From positions 1,240,001-1,304,000 of the forward strand of contig CP142729.1 in the NCBI GenBank assembly GCA_036630325.1: DNA of 64,000 nucleotides, given 5' to 3'. Both the position numbers and the translations under genes were made by a program. The notes beneath the pieces are model-generated. The model did no database searches. It worked only from the letters and a program-made list of their open reading frames with translations, and was not told the DNA's origin. This document shows, piece after piece, positions 23,851 to 36,572 of this stretch. The DNA comes from Vairimorpha necatrix. Taxonomy: Eukaryota. Within the stretch, counting starts at the first letter, position 1. Each line of letters starts with the position of its first letter.

Positions 23851-25216
23851 ATAATTAACATAAATTTATTTTTGTATGTCTTGGTCTTAATGGTTAGTGT
23901 TTGTATAGCAGATTAATACTTTGCTTTTCTATTTTGTTCGTATCTACTTCGTTTCTGGATATTTAAAATACTTTTCATACTTTCCCTTTACACAAGAAAA
24001 CATATTTTTCTTCGATTAAAATGATTTATATGATATTTATTGTATATGAGTTCTTTTTTGTGTAAATTCTATGTATTTAGGATTATAGAGGTGGCGTAAT
24101 ATCATCATCTACATAGAACAGCAAAAATATTTCAAATTGTCTTTCAACTTTTTTATAAACTGATAAATATGCGAAATGGCGTTAATATATTTGCGCCGTC
24201 AATTTTGAATAACCTCTGCGATGAGTCCGACAATATTAGGGATATTACTATTGATTTGTAATTTTTTGATTAAGAATCAAGATATATGTTAAGTAAATTA
24301 AAAACCCAACATATTATAGTTTTTAAGAAGACTAGCTGAAAAGTTTACAAATAAAAATCTATTACACTGATAACAGTATTTTTTCGCAATCATTTGTCTA
24401 TCTTACGTATATAAATAGCGGGCGTGTTTATTTTTGTACATAAAATCTGTATTTATTTTTTGCGGGATAATATTTTCATACTATGTTTTATGAGCAGATT
24501 AATGTACTGGCCATTATGGTAAATTTGCGTTATAGATTCCAAACCTAAATCATTAAAAAAATTTCTGCATATTTTAAACATTATATGACCTCAACAAATG
24601 GACCAATGTAAAAATCGCTGACCATGACCATGCCAAGCTCTAGGTTTTAAATTCGTATATATATATAAAATAACCATTTTGAACTTATATTGGTACTTAT
24701 TAGATGAATCATGAAAAAGAAACATAATGAACTACTAAAATATATTTTAACCTTGACAGTGCCAAGACAAAGAATTTACAATAAGACAATATACATTTAT
24801 ATTAAACTTGCAAATCATTTTTTGAAGCTACATTAAAGTTTATAAATAAAATAATTTTTCAGATTTTCAAAGTTAGCTTTTAAGTCCTGTTTTCATACCA
24901 AGATGGGTTGATGAAAAAATTGCAGTAATGCCCCTCACAAATTTATGTCAAAGTTAAAAGTATGAAGTTATTATGTTCTAAGAATGGCGATAATTTATTA
25001 AATCTTAATATAAAATATTATATTAAAGAGTTTTACAGGAATGGCATAAAAAAACAGTAAATACTCTAATAATATTTTTAAAAAAATCTTTCTGGGAAAG
25101 GTGTCAAATAAAAAGCTTGAAAGAGCATTTTTGTACACAGAAATATCCCCTATATGCAAAATTTTAACGTGTTAGTAGATAAATGCGATCCTAATATTTT
25201 TTAAGTAAATTTTTTA

Positions 25217-26896
25217 TTACTTCGTAAATGTTTTACCATTATATTTTTCGAATAACTTAGAAGACACTAATTCATTGATTTTTTCCACTTTCTTAACATC
25301 AAGATTATTTTTTTTAATGATATCATCTTTAAATAACTCCCCATGTTCTTCTGTATCCGATTTAGCTATAAAGTTTGATCTTGTTCCTGAAAATAATGAA
25401 ATTATTTCAATAATATTATATATACTTAGACAATTAAAATTTTCACTAAGTATATCTACGATTTCTTTCATTATTTTCATTAAATTAATATATCTCTTTT
25501 CTTTATCAAGACTGAATTCTTTTGTACTTTTTTGGGAACTAATAAGATATCCAATATCCTTCAAAGTTATAAATAATATATCTTTACTTGCGTCATTTTC
25601 ATTAATATATCTTTCAGCCTCAATAAGCAAACATATTTTAATTAAATACGAAACATCCCAACTATTGTCTGATAATCTCTCACAAATATAATTTATAATT
25701 TCACTTCTTTTCTTTTCGTTACCTTCTTCATTTTCAAATAAGATAGATAAATTATTTTTGTTGAGTATATCTGAAATAATTAACAGATGTGTAAATAACC
25801 TTTTAACTTTAGAAGTTGGCCTATTTAGAATTCTCTTAATGAGAAAATTTATTTTTTCATATTTATGGATTAAAAAATAAAACGCTTCAATCTCTTTGTA
25901 CTGTTTAGTATCACTTATCTCCATGATTTTGTTATTTACTTCCTTAAATTCATTCAAACATTTCTTATCAATACAAGATTTAATTTCATCTTGATGCAAA
26001 CAATTATCTAATAATATCGGATTTTTAATAACTGATTTTTCAATTTGGTTATCGTCATTTTCTTGATATAATTTAAACCCTTCTTTTTCGATATTTATAT
26101 TGCTTAAAAAAATCGTAATATTTTTTTCACGCACAAGAAAATTATCTTCGGAAATTTCAAATAACTCGCAAATTTTTTTGCATAAATCATTTACTAAAAT
26201 TTTCTTCTTATTTATTATGGATTTTAGCATATTTGTTAAATCTTCCTTGGAAAATTCAAAAAAACAAAAAGTATTTTCTATATTTATTCGAAATGTAATC
26301 CTGTTGATTTCTTCTGCTGAATTGAGATCTAAAAAAACGTAAGAATCGTTTTTATATTCCGCAATTTGATCATCCTGATGTTTTATTTGCAAATATTCAA
26401 ATTCTATATCCATGTAAGAATACTTTGAATATATATTTTCAAAATAAAATTGTCCTTTGTCTTTTTTTTCATTATTTCTTTCTATGATTTTATCAATGAT
26501 ATTTCCCATTGTAATAGATTTATCAGAATTAACATGCTTATTTAGATTATCTTCTTCGTATCTTAGAAAAACAGAATCATTACTGTCAAAATCAAGCTTC
26601 GACGCAACTTTTTCATCAAAATCAATACAAATTTCGTTAACGGATTTATTTTCACATTTTATCCAACAAGTTATCAATTTTTGTTCCGGAATAACATTTC
26701 TAGGATCATCTATTAAAACTTCAATACTTCCTTCCCATAGACTTTTTATTTTTAAGCAAGAATATTTTTTATCACTTGTTAATGAAAAATAATCTCCTGT
26801 TGTAATTTTATTCATAACCATATTTTGGACATGTTGCAATGTGTTTAGGTCTCCTTGTACAAAAACAAGTGTAAAAAATATTTCCAAGATATTCAT
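25217..26896 (-). CDS. Lineage-specific secreted protein, family A
   Basis: ATG 26896 after CCCCTATT; signal peptide MNILEIFFTLVFVQG; motifs NKITTGDY, FLIKRILN, KICLLIEAERYINEND shared with 55061..56797. Confidence 0.8.
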   Translation of the reverse strand: MNILEIFFTLVFVQGDLNTLQHVQNMVMNKITTGDYFSLTSDKKYSCLKIKSLWEGSIEVLIDDPRNVIPEQKLITCWIKCENKSVNEICIDFDEKVASKLDFDSNDSVFLRYEEDNLNKHVNSDKSITMGNIIDKIIERNNEKKDKGQFYFENIYSKYSYMDIEFEYLQIKHQDDQIAEYKNDSYVFLDLNSAEEINRITFRINIENTFCFFEFSKEDLTNMLKSIINKKKILVNDLCKKICELFEISEDNFLVREKNITIFLSNINIEKEGFKLYQENDDNQIEKSVIKNPILLDNCLHQDEIKSCIDKKCLNEFKEVNNKIMEISDTKQYKEIEAFYFLIHKYEKINFLIKRILNRPTSKVKRLFTHLLIISDILNKNNLSILFENEEGNEKKRSEIINYICERLSDNSWDVSYLIKICLLIEAERYINENDASKDILFITLKDIGYLISSQKSTKEFSLDKEKRYINLMKIMKEIVDILSENFNCLSIYNIIEIISLFSGTRSNFIAKSDTEEHGELFKDDIIKKNNLDVKKVEKINELVSSKLFEKYNGKTFTK

Positions 26897-28308
26897 AATA
26901 GGGGTAAAAAAAATTTTATTTATATACATAAAAAAATTACAATAAAAATAAATTTTCTTTGAAAATCACAATTAAGATAAAGTTTGAAGAAACCACTCAA
27001 AAATGATATTTTTTATTATTTGTGATACTATAAATACCACAAAATTGTGATTCTCATTAAACAAATTTCTCTTTTTGGAAATAGACATATATAAATTACA
27101 ATTAAAAGAAATTAATGTAAAATATTGTAAAAAATGAAATTGTTTTTTTTTGAGAACATAAATACTACAAAAAAAAAGAATTTTTGGTTTAACAATTATT
27201 CCTTTTAAAATAGACAATTAGACCAAGTTGTTTAAGAATTAATCATTTATTTTTCTAAGCAACGACTTCAACGATATCATAATAGAACAAAATGCAAACT
27301 TTCTCTGAACTTACAATCAAGAAGGGCTACCAAGCCAGTGAATTGCTTTCCAACAGAAATGCAAACATGTCTAAAACCAATTAAAACTTAATATTTTGCC
27401 GATTTTACAATCCAAAGGATGATCTTTGATTTACTTTATTTTCAGAGCTTAAATTATTACAGTTTTTTAATTTTTTTTTATTTAGTATTTTTTGTTATAA
27501 ACAAATGCTTGTTTATATTTTTTATATAATAAATTGCACATGTGTGTAATTACTTAAAATAAAAATAGTTACGTCTATATTTTAAGTAAATTGTAAAAAC
27601 AATTATCAACACCTTAAGATGTATTTCTCATTATTTTCTTATGTATTGTCAAATGAAATAATTTTTTATATAATATGGTTCAAAAATTTTTTTTTATTTT
27701 GACTCGTCTATATAATTAAAATATTTTAGTACATTTTCGTGCCAGTGTGAAATTCATATTTTTGCAAATGACTGTGACTTTTTATTTAGACTAAGTAGTA
27801 TACTACAGATTTTCTTCAATTAATTATATCTATGTTGTATATAAAAATTATGATTTAAGTGAACAATAACACGACGTCATATCTCAAATTAGCGGTCACC
27901 GCCACGCGTTAATTGACAGTTTTGACATCAATAATAAAACAAATTAAATAAATATATAAAATTAAAGCAACAAAAGTAGAAAACTTAATATTTGAAAAAG
28001 TATTTGAACAATTTTAATAAAAATTATAAAAGAATTAAAAACTCAGAAAATAAGGTGAAAACTTGTTACATATAATAAAATCTAATGAGATCTGGATAGA
28101 ATATAGTATACAACATTGTTTGATCAATGTAGCAAGTTTATAAAGTCTTCAGTTTACAAAACAATATTAACTATTAACAAATAATAACTTAATGGTTATA
28201 ATTAATACAAAATTAAATTTTTTACTTTAATTCAGAATTTTCCAGCAGTTATGTGTTTACATTTGTTTAAAGGTTCGTGTTTTTCGCTATGGGTTATTAC
28301 TCTTTGAA

Positions 28309-28381
28309 GGTGCCCTTAGCACAGTGGTAGAAGGCAATGCTTCCATTGAGCAATGGCTGGGTTCGATTCCCAGGGGCGCCA
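28309..28381 (+). ncRNA. tRNA-like module / Pol III internal promoter (not a canonical tRNA)
   Basis: Acceptor GGTGCCC/GGGCGCC+A; T-arm CTGGG-TTCGATT-CCCAG; A box TAGCACAGTGG; B box GGTTCGATTCC. The D stem does not pair and the anticodon arm is ambiguous. Confidence 0.7.
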
Positions 28382-29100
28382 AAATTGTTTCTACTTTCTA
28401 TGATGCAGTTGGAACAACTCAGATGATGAAAATGTCCACGATAATCATTAAGTTGATTCAATGAAACTTGTGTGTGTCCAGCCACAAGGGGATTAGCATC
28501 TAGTGTAGAAACGCACCTCAAGGCCAAAAGCAGTATCGCCCTTTGGTGACTTAATGATTCATAAAAGTATCGAATGGGTACGGCCTAGTTGGAGCCAATG
28601 GCTAGTTCACTCTAGAGTGGGATCCTAGAGCCAACTAAGAGACTAGACGAAGTAGGGCAATAGAAGGTCTCGTGGACCCTATCCTACAAGATTCTGTAAC
28701 ACAGTTGCCATAACTAGTAGGAGACTGGTAATCAAAGCAGCTCAATAAAAATGCGGGCTGGTGATGTGGTTGTGTAAGAAGCCGTGTGTGCAATACAGAT
28801 GATTTTAGGGACCTTTATGTTAGTACGATGATTTCTATTTTCAGGTTATAGATAACGATGCCCGCTGAGTATATTCGCTGTGAGGTCACTCTGGACGCGA
28901 TTTGAGGTATAAATGGGGAGTGTTCTCCTAGAGGTAAAGTCCAATGGATACGGCGGAGCTTGCTTCATCGTCAAGTTGTATGGAGGGAGTTTTAGTAAGT
29001 AAGAATTCCACAGTACCAGTTGGATGAGGATCACACCCGAATCCCTTTGGTACCCATGTAAGGTTTCTCTCTACCTCTTACTTGCATCAAAAAAAAAAAA
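28309..29100 (+). mobile_element. tRNA-headed, poly(A)-tailed SINE-like element (~790 bp)
   Basis: 73-nt tRNA-like head with consensus A and B boxes; GC-richer hairpin-forming body; A12 tail at 29089-29100; diverged second copy at 49664..50364(-). Confidence 0.7.
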
Positions 29101-29105
29101 TTTAA

Positions 29106-29551
29106 CTGATAGCATAATAGAAATTGAAATAATAATTGAGTTAGGAAATATAAAAGATGTGTCACAATTTTCTTGAAGAAAAAAACTGAAACTAATCTGT
29201 CGATATAAATTACCTCGCAACGACGGATCGTCATTCATTGGTCCATATCTTAAAGAAAAACTTTGAATTTTGTGACAGAATCATTGTAGTTAAGGACTTT
29301 AAAAATAATATCAAAACTTAAAAACTAAATAATTTTCCGTTTTTCACATGAAGAACGAATATTAAAAGTTTTTCAAACAAGAAATTGAAAAATAAATTGA
29401 AAGAGGTATATAAATATCTTTTATAACTAGTATATAAAAACTTTAAAATTTGCATCTAATTAAAAAAAATCATTTGTGTACTTTTTATTGGTTATATTTT
29501 TTGGTTGTAAAATGGGATTAACGCTTGCAAGAGTTAACGCTCGCGACCACA
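29106..29551 (+). mobile_element. 3' fragment of the Ginger-like element (copy of ~23404..23850)
   Basis: Shared GGATCGTCATTCATTGGTCCATATCT block; right end GTTAACGCTCGCGACCACA. Confidence 0.8.
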
Positions 29552-29584
29552 ATTATTACTATTTTATACACTATTGTAAATTTT

Positions 29585-30186
29585 GGTACATGACCTTTTG
29601 GAACCCGCTTTGAAAAATCTAAAAAGGGGAAAATAAAAAAAAATTATAAAAACCGACTCAACGATTTATTGTTGATTTTAAGGGATTTTAAAACCCAGAG
29701 GAACTGTAAAAGGTGCTCATAGTGTTCGTTCTGATAATTCCATGTATAGATCAAATATTTCTTTTTGAAATAGCCAAAACCAACTAAATTATTTGGTATT
29801 TTTTCTTGAATCTCTAGGAATTACAGTATTGATGCATTGATTCAAAGTAATGTGCTCCATCCCTTTGCTTGTCTAATGTGGCCTCACATGCTACCATTGG
29901 TTAGAGATCATAATAGAAACAGGTTATACATTATCTTGTATTACCTCAAGGAAATAGAAGTATTTCTACTAGTTGCAGAAATGAGCAAGGTGCACGCCGA
30001 TTCACCATCGAATGTCTTCAAAATAAGATTTTTTTGTTTCTCATGTATAAATACATCCATCACTAAAAAGCTCATCTGCCTCAACAAACATTGTTTTTGT
30101 CAATTTTGCCATTTTTTGAAAGAGGGGTCCTTATAAATTTCATAAGGGTTCATTTTCCCAAAGCGGGTTCCAAACGGTCATGTTCT
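29585..30186 (-). mobile_element. Non-autonomous Merlin-like element, 602 bp
   Basis: TIR GGTACATGACCTTTTGGAACCCGCTTTG / CAAAGCGGGTTCCAAACGGTCATGTTCT; 8-bp TSD TAAATTTT/TAAATTAT; inverted copy at 63435..64000. Confidence 0.75.
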
Positions 30187-31200
30187 TAAATTATTATTCT
30201 GATATTCAAATTACATGTAAGTAAGCAATTAATCATGTGTCGTTACTAAAAAATGTTTATTATATTTTTTATTATTCAAATTGCATATATTTTACATTCT
30301 CTTTATGAACTGGTGATTGTACTTTTGACTTTTTTTTTTTCTATAACGTATTGAACCTACTAATAAAATAATCTCTCGAGCTTATTTATATGGCAAAATA
30401 CTAAGAACAAAGCAAAGTTTGACAAAGGTTTGAATTGATGACTGAAATTACCAATATGAACAATTCTTTGTTAAAAAATATTATAAAAATATCTTTAAGA
30501 ATGCCGAATGGAGGAGTAGAGAATATAAAAAACAAGGCAGAGAAGGGTAGGTAAATGATTTTGACTACAATTTTTGTATAATGTGGGCTTCAATTACAAA
30601 CAGAAATATATTTTATGGAAATTCTTTATTCTCAAAATTAAAATTTTTTATTGTACACTTAAGTGTTGTAACATTTTTTATTTTTTTGTTGTAATTAAGT
30701 CTATATTGTTTAAAAAGTTATCAACATAGGCCATTAGAGCATGTGTGCAACAATAAGTACATACATACATTTTCAAGATTATGACTGCACACAAAAATAG
30801 ATTATTATTGTAAAATTAGTAATACTTCTTTGCGTAATACTAAACGAAAGAAGTATTAAGGAAGTTTTTTTTAAAAGATATATATTATGTTTGAATGTTT
30901 GGATTTTACAAAAAATATATTTTTCTTCAGATTATTGTAATTTGCATTAATTCATTATCTCAAATCTTATAATGCTGTTTTTTTTACTTATAATCGATGT
31001 TTATAACATATTTAGAAAATGTTGTTATATTTCCTTCATAAATAAACATACGCCTCAAATTTTTGCTTTTATGTACTTAACTCCTTTTCTTTCATACTTA
31101 TTTTTTGTAGATTAGTATTATATAATAGTATCAATGTTTCTACGAATTAACTAGGCTTAATATATGGTTTTAAAACAGAATTAAATCCTACGTAATCACT

Positions 31201-31478
31201 TGTGACGGTATAGTGACTAAGTTTCAAAAATATTATACCACAAGACTCTAAATCTCAAAAAAGTTAGAAGCGTAAATCCAATGATCTCGCTAATAAATAC
31301 GCCCAGTGCATTTATTGGGACTGACAACGGACATGGGCCGAAGCCGATGTGGAAGGACTATGGAGCCCGAAGCTACCTACAAGTAGGAGACGCTAAGCGG
31401 AGCCTATCTTTGTTAAATTAGAAGTATAAATACACTAAGTATACCTCAATAAAAGTTACTTAATGTTTCTGCAGCACA
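31201..31478 (+). mobile_element. Probable solo LTR (278 bp)
   Basis: TGTG...CACA ends; GC-rich U3-like middle; TATAAATA followed by AATAAA near the 3' end; no clear TSD. Confidence 0.5.
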
Positions 31479-32133
31479 ATTTTTGAAAATATTAGTTCAA
31501 GTGGATTAGTGAAAATACAAAATGGTTTGTGGCGAAAATTTCAAACAAATTAATAGGTCATCGTTGACATCAAAAAATCATTAAAATGTAATATAAGTCT
31601 TTACTTAAAACATAAAAACATATAATTGGCAGCGTCGAGTTTAAATATTATACAAATTATTTTATCTAAAAATATTATATGAAAATCATCTTATGGATAA
31701 AAGAAAAATTTTTAATTAAAGAATTTTAAGTGAAAATATTTATTTAAAAAACTTAGTATTAATCAACGTCCTAATGAATGTATCTGGAGTTGCCAATTTC
31801 GTTTTCAAAATATTGGATATTGATCAATACATCATCCTACGTTTATCAATGAAAACAAATTGTTTTTTCTATTCTCTTTGATTTTTTTCTCCAATATTAA
31901 TCTATTTACAAATTATAAATAAATCTTAAACATAAATATATAATTTTATTGTTAAAGGGAGTGATCGGTGGTTTGATCAATATCATCTTAGACCTAGAGT
32001 ATAGATATATGTAAAATATTTTTTTAAGCCAAATACTAATCATTTATAGCTTTTTTTTACAAGATGACAGATTTATAAAATAACAAAATGATTTAAATTA
32101 AAAGTTATATAAAAAATATTATACTTCCCCAAT

Positions 32134-33850
32134 ATGAATATCTTGAAAATATTTATTATGATTAAGCTTGTTAAAACAAATCAAACTTTATTAAATAGAA
32201 TTTTAGATATGCTTATGATAAAGATAGAAAATAGAGATTACATATATGTTGATATATCTGAAAAAAATATAAACGTAAGTATATTTGCAAGCTACAATGT
32301 ATACGATGAAAACATCAAATTTAGAATACTTAATACAGGAGTTGATCGTAGATTAACATTAAATTATGGATGCTTTAAAATTAAAGCAGAGAAAAAACTT
32401 CTAATGGCATTATCATAGAAATGGAAAAGAACATAGAAACCATATTGAATGTTTTTAAAATTTTTTCCATTATATTTTTATATAGTGTATATGATTATAA
32501 CAATTATCTCATTATGAAAAAGCCAGTAGATGAACTAAAAATATTAAACACTGCAAGATAAATAGAGGATAATTTTTTTAATAAAAATAAGAAAATATTT
32601 GTGATACAGATGATGAATTGCAAAAAATTATTTACGAAATAAAAAATCCCCAAAATAATTGTAGTTTGAAAACGTCTCAGTCATCTGTTCACTAATAAAA
32701 TAGTTTTAACTAATAAGTGTTATTTTTGTTTACGGATTAACCTAGGTAATATGCGTTATTTCCTTGGATTTTGTGTTGATGAGTTTTATTATTTAGTTAA
32801 TACAGAAATTAAAATCCAGAATGAAACTCAGATTGAAACATTTAAGAAACTTCTTGATGTTTATAAGTTATCTTATGATAATATTGATCTAGGTCAAATT
32901 CCCTACTTTATATTAACAATATGATCTACAAATAATGCAGTTACAATATTATCATAAACAATACATTAAAATAGAAATAGAAAGGAGGTAGTTACCATAA
33001 AAATCAACTATATATATATCATTTTTTTGTAGAGAAAATTGTTTAGACAATGATAAAAATAATAGAAATATTTGCAAGGATTGCTTAATGGAATTTTAAA
33101 CAATCTTATCAAGACTCGAAAATACAAAAAAAAACAGTAGGCATTAATATGTTTTTCATTTGATAGTATTAAATAACAAAATAGAATTCATTGTTTAAAG
33201 AATTTTAAACAAACTAAGATCAGCTCTAAATATAATATTTGGATACTTATTGTTAGACATAACAATAATAGACCAAAATACTACAAGTACGATAATTGGA
33301 AATAGGACAGACAATGGACTGAATAAGAAAAAATTAATTAATAGGGGATTAACAAACTTGAAAAATATTACACAACAAACTCAAATTTTATAGCTTTTTG
33401 ATTATTATTAGAAACGAAAAACTATATAAATTATGAAAATTTATGTTATGACATTTTATTCAAAATATTAAGTAATATCGGTATACTAAACAAAAAAAGG
33501 GACTTGGTGACAATAGCTTAAAAAAATATTAATTTAATAAAAACTTGTGAGGATTTAGCAATAATCCATAATAATAACTATGATGATTAAAAAAATAAGT
33601 AGAACGAAATATTTGCAGTATTACTGCTACAATCACAGGATACTAAGATATATTTTATATGAATCGTTCAACATCGGTAAATTATAACATCGAAACAGAT
33701 CAAGTGTTAACAAATCTAGGACTTGATCCAATTAATACAAGAACATAAAGTGGAATTTTAAGAAAAATACTTTGGGAAAATACAGTTAAAAGCAAAATAA
33801 AATAGGAAAACATTAAAGCTATAAAATAATTACATCGTAAATTAATAAGA
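32134..33850 (+). pseudogene. Pseudogene of secreted family A
   Basis: CCCC-ATG start MNILKIFIMI..MIKIENRDY; later fragments IEFIV*RILN, LLLETKNYINYEN, ILSNIG; many stops and frameshifts; 3' end approximate. Confidence 0.7.
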
Positions 33851-35612
33851 ACATGTTTTAAACAGTATTTATAATAAAATCATAATTAGTGATTAACAAA
33901 ACATATTTAATGAAGTTAAAACAAAGAAATTTTAACATGAAAGAATAGAAAATGCCAAGGGACAGATCTCTAGCGGTCCTAAGACTACCCCCGGAGACTA
34001 GAGAATACCATTTTGTAGGTATTCTTCTTCTCCTCCCCAATTATGTTTTGGAAGGAAAAAACTTTATTTTCCCTCCCACGAACATAAAAGAAAATCATAC
34101 CGATAAGGGTATAAAGAAGTTAAATAAAACTAACTCTTCTCGGACTGCTGGGCAGCCAGCAGTCCACAGCCTTTTTCATATGTTTAAAAATGACATTTAT
34201 ATAAATTATGCTTTGGATAAAATATATTGCTATTTCTGACATTTTCCTAGATATGTAAGAGGAGATTTATTTGAAGGAAGATCACACCTTTTATACCAAT
34301 CAAGCAACATTTTGACATAATATAATTAAAACAAAATATCCGAAGTGTCCTTAATATTTACTTTATCCCTCATATATCTTTAATTGACTGTTGATAGTAT
34401 TTCTTCATTGTTGTAGTGTATAATATCAGTAAGATTGCATAAAATCACGATTCCCAAATTGAAAATGCAGCAATATGTCTAAAACAAAATTATTACTTTT
34501 TTCTAATACTTTTTTTTTAAAGATAAAATTTTTAACAGTTCTTCAATTTATAATTAATAAAGCCTATATAACATGAAATAAAAATTATAAAAATTTCATG
34601 AACAAAGCATAATGGTTATTTGTAATCTAAAGCTCTATTTTTAATGTATTTGCGTTCTTTATAAAAAATTAACGGATCAAAAAACAGCTTTTGTATAAAT
34701 CAGACAATTTTGTAAGTTCATTTATTTTATAGTATGCAATGAAAGCACAATTTTGTTGGTTACATTTATAATGTATAATACTAAATTCATATTATTTAAG
34801 ACATTTTTTTTATTTGTTTATATTACAATATTATTAACAAAACTCATAAAAAACAATTAGAGTATATTGTTTATTTATAATAAAACAAATATAAAGGCAT
34901 AATATAGCTATATCATATACTTTAATACATTTTAATATGTAAATTTTCTTATGTAAAAAATTAAGACGGATAATAAATTGATTTATGACACAAACAAAAT
35001 GATAGTCTAAAATGTCAACGTTTTGGAAAAATAAAAAAATAGAGATAAAATTAAAAAATTAAGTACAATAGCTTTAAAATGTGTTTGTTTAGTGGTTAGA
35101 TGCAATAACATGATTTTTGAATATTATATTAATTTTTGAATTTTCAGTGTAATTTCAAAGAGATATAAAAATGTACAAAAAATTCTACCTGCCTAATTTT
35201 ATGTACTGAGTTCTTTATTTGATATATTCTGTAGTATATTGCAATCTAAAAAATTCATAAAATTATATAATTTAATAAAAAATTTGACGTATATTCATAA
35301 TTATAAATATGAATAAATTTAAATGATTAAAATATCTTATAAATGCCATTTAAACAGAACTACGAAAATATAGAAGTTTAATGTTCTATGTGATGCAATA
35401 TATTAATTTTACACATAAGCTATGATGTTTTTTGCCACATGTATGAGTTTATTAGAAGTTTGGTATTCGAGTTTATATTCAACTTGACGTGTAATTTTCC
35501 TTTATATTATAATATAAATAGTAGAGTTCGTTCTCTTATTTTATCTGAAAACAATATTTACGGGCAAATACACAAATTATCATATTATTTATAACAAAAA
35601 CATGCCCTTAGA

Positions 35613-36572
35613 ATGTTATTGACATTAGGTATTATTTATTGTACACAATTAAACCATAATCTTTCTGGAAAAAATGATAATAGTGAGATTAATGAAACTT
35701 TATCATATGATAAACTTAAAAAAACTGTTTTTGACTCAGAATGTTCTTCTTTTGTTAATTTTACACAACTTTTGAAGCAGTCAGATTATTTGGGACGAGA
35801 ATATGGAATATATTTTTATGATGATAATCTATGTGATAATAATTTTAACCAAACTAATCTAGACCAAATTAGCAACAAAATCTACTCAAAATTGCAAAAT
35901 AATAACTACCAATCAGGTATTGTAAACGAAGAAACTGAATATAGCCAAGGATTTTTTTCAGTTGAAATATCCAATAAATTTGAAAAATCTTATAAAATAT
36001 TGTCAGAATGTAGGAACAATATTGACCAATATATACTACTGATGAAAAATACTATAATAGAAAAAAAGTATACCAACAATCAAATATTAAAAGACAGTGA
36101 AGATTATAGAAAGTTCCAAATTAATAGCATAAAAATTCATCGTTTTTCTCAATTTTTAAAGAGAATTAAAAACATTCAACTACCAAGAACTAGTGGAAAA
36201 CTTAAAACATTAAATTTGCCACTAGAGACCCACAATATAATTTCCGCATTCATAGATCTGTTCAAGCATTTCACGAAAATTTTTTTTACAAGAGAAAGAC
36301 ATATAACTTCAAAAAGTTATTCGGCTGTGACTAAACAAGCGATGTTTAATTATAATAAAGAAATATTATCTGCATTTGATCATATACCTATAGTAAAAAC
36401 TCTAGAAATAATTGACGAAGAATTAAATAAGTTTAAATATGAATCTTATTCGCAAAAGATAAAAGTACGAAGAATTATTGAGTTGTTAAATAATAAATTA
36501 AATGTTACATTTGTAAAAACAAAAAAATGTATCGAGATATATAATCAGGTAAGTCAGATATACAACAAATAA
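35613..36572 (+). CDS. Lineage-specific putative secreted protein, family B
   Basis: 319 aa; CCC motif; short signal MLLTLGIIYC; helical C-terminal region resembling 45228..46403. Confidence 0.75.
   Translation: MLLTLGIIYCTQLNHNLSGKNDNSEINETLSYDKLKKTVFDSECSSFVNFTQLLKQSDYLGREYGIYFYDDNLCDNNFNQTNLDQISNKIYSKLQNNNYQSGIVNEETEYSQGFFSVEISNKFEKSYKILSECRNNIDQYILLMKNTIIEKKYTNNQILKDSEDYRKFQINSIKIHRFSQFLKRIKNIQLPRTSGKLKTLNLPLETHNIISAFIDLFKHFTKIFFTRERHITSKSYSAVTKQAMFNYNKEILSAFDHIPIVKTLEIIDEELNKFKYESYSQKIKVRRIIELLNNKLNVTFVKTKKCIEIYNQVSQIYNK

Noticed and set aside
28309-28381. Functional tRNA gene (Gly-TCC or Met-CAT)
   Set aside because: The D stem cannot pair, the anticodon arm is ambiguous, there is no adjacent T-run terminator, and it is fused to a repeated body with an A tail
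28382-29088. Telomerase RNA or hammerhead/HDV ribozyme in the SINE-like body
   Set aside because: No CCTAA-repeat template, and no complete ribozyme core could be drawn by eye; needs an Infernal search
29837-30136. ORFs 29837..30136, 63520..63765 and 63548..63733 as host genes
   Set aside because: They lie inside the TIR-bounded Merlin-like repeats
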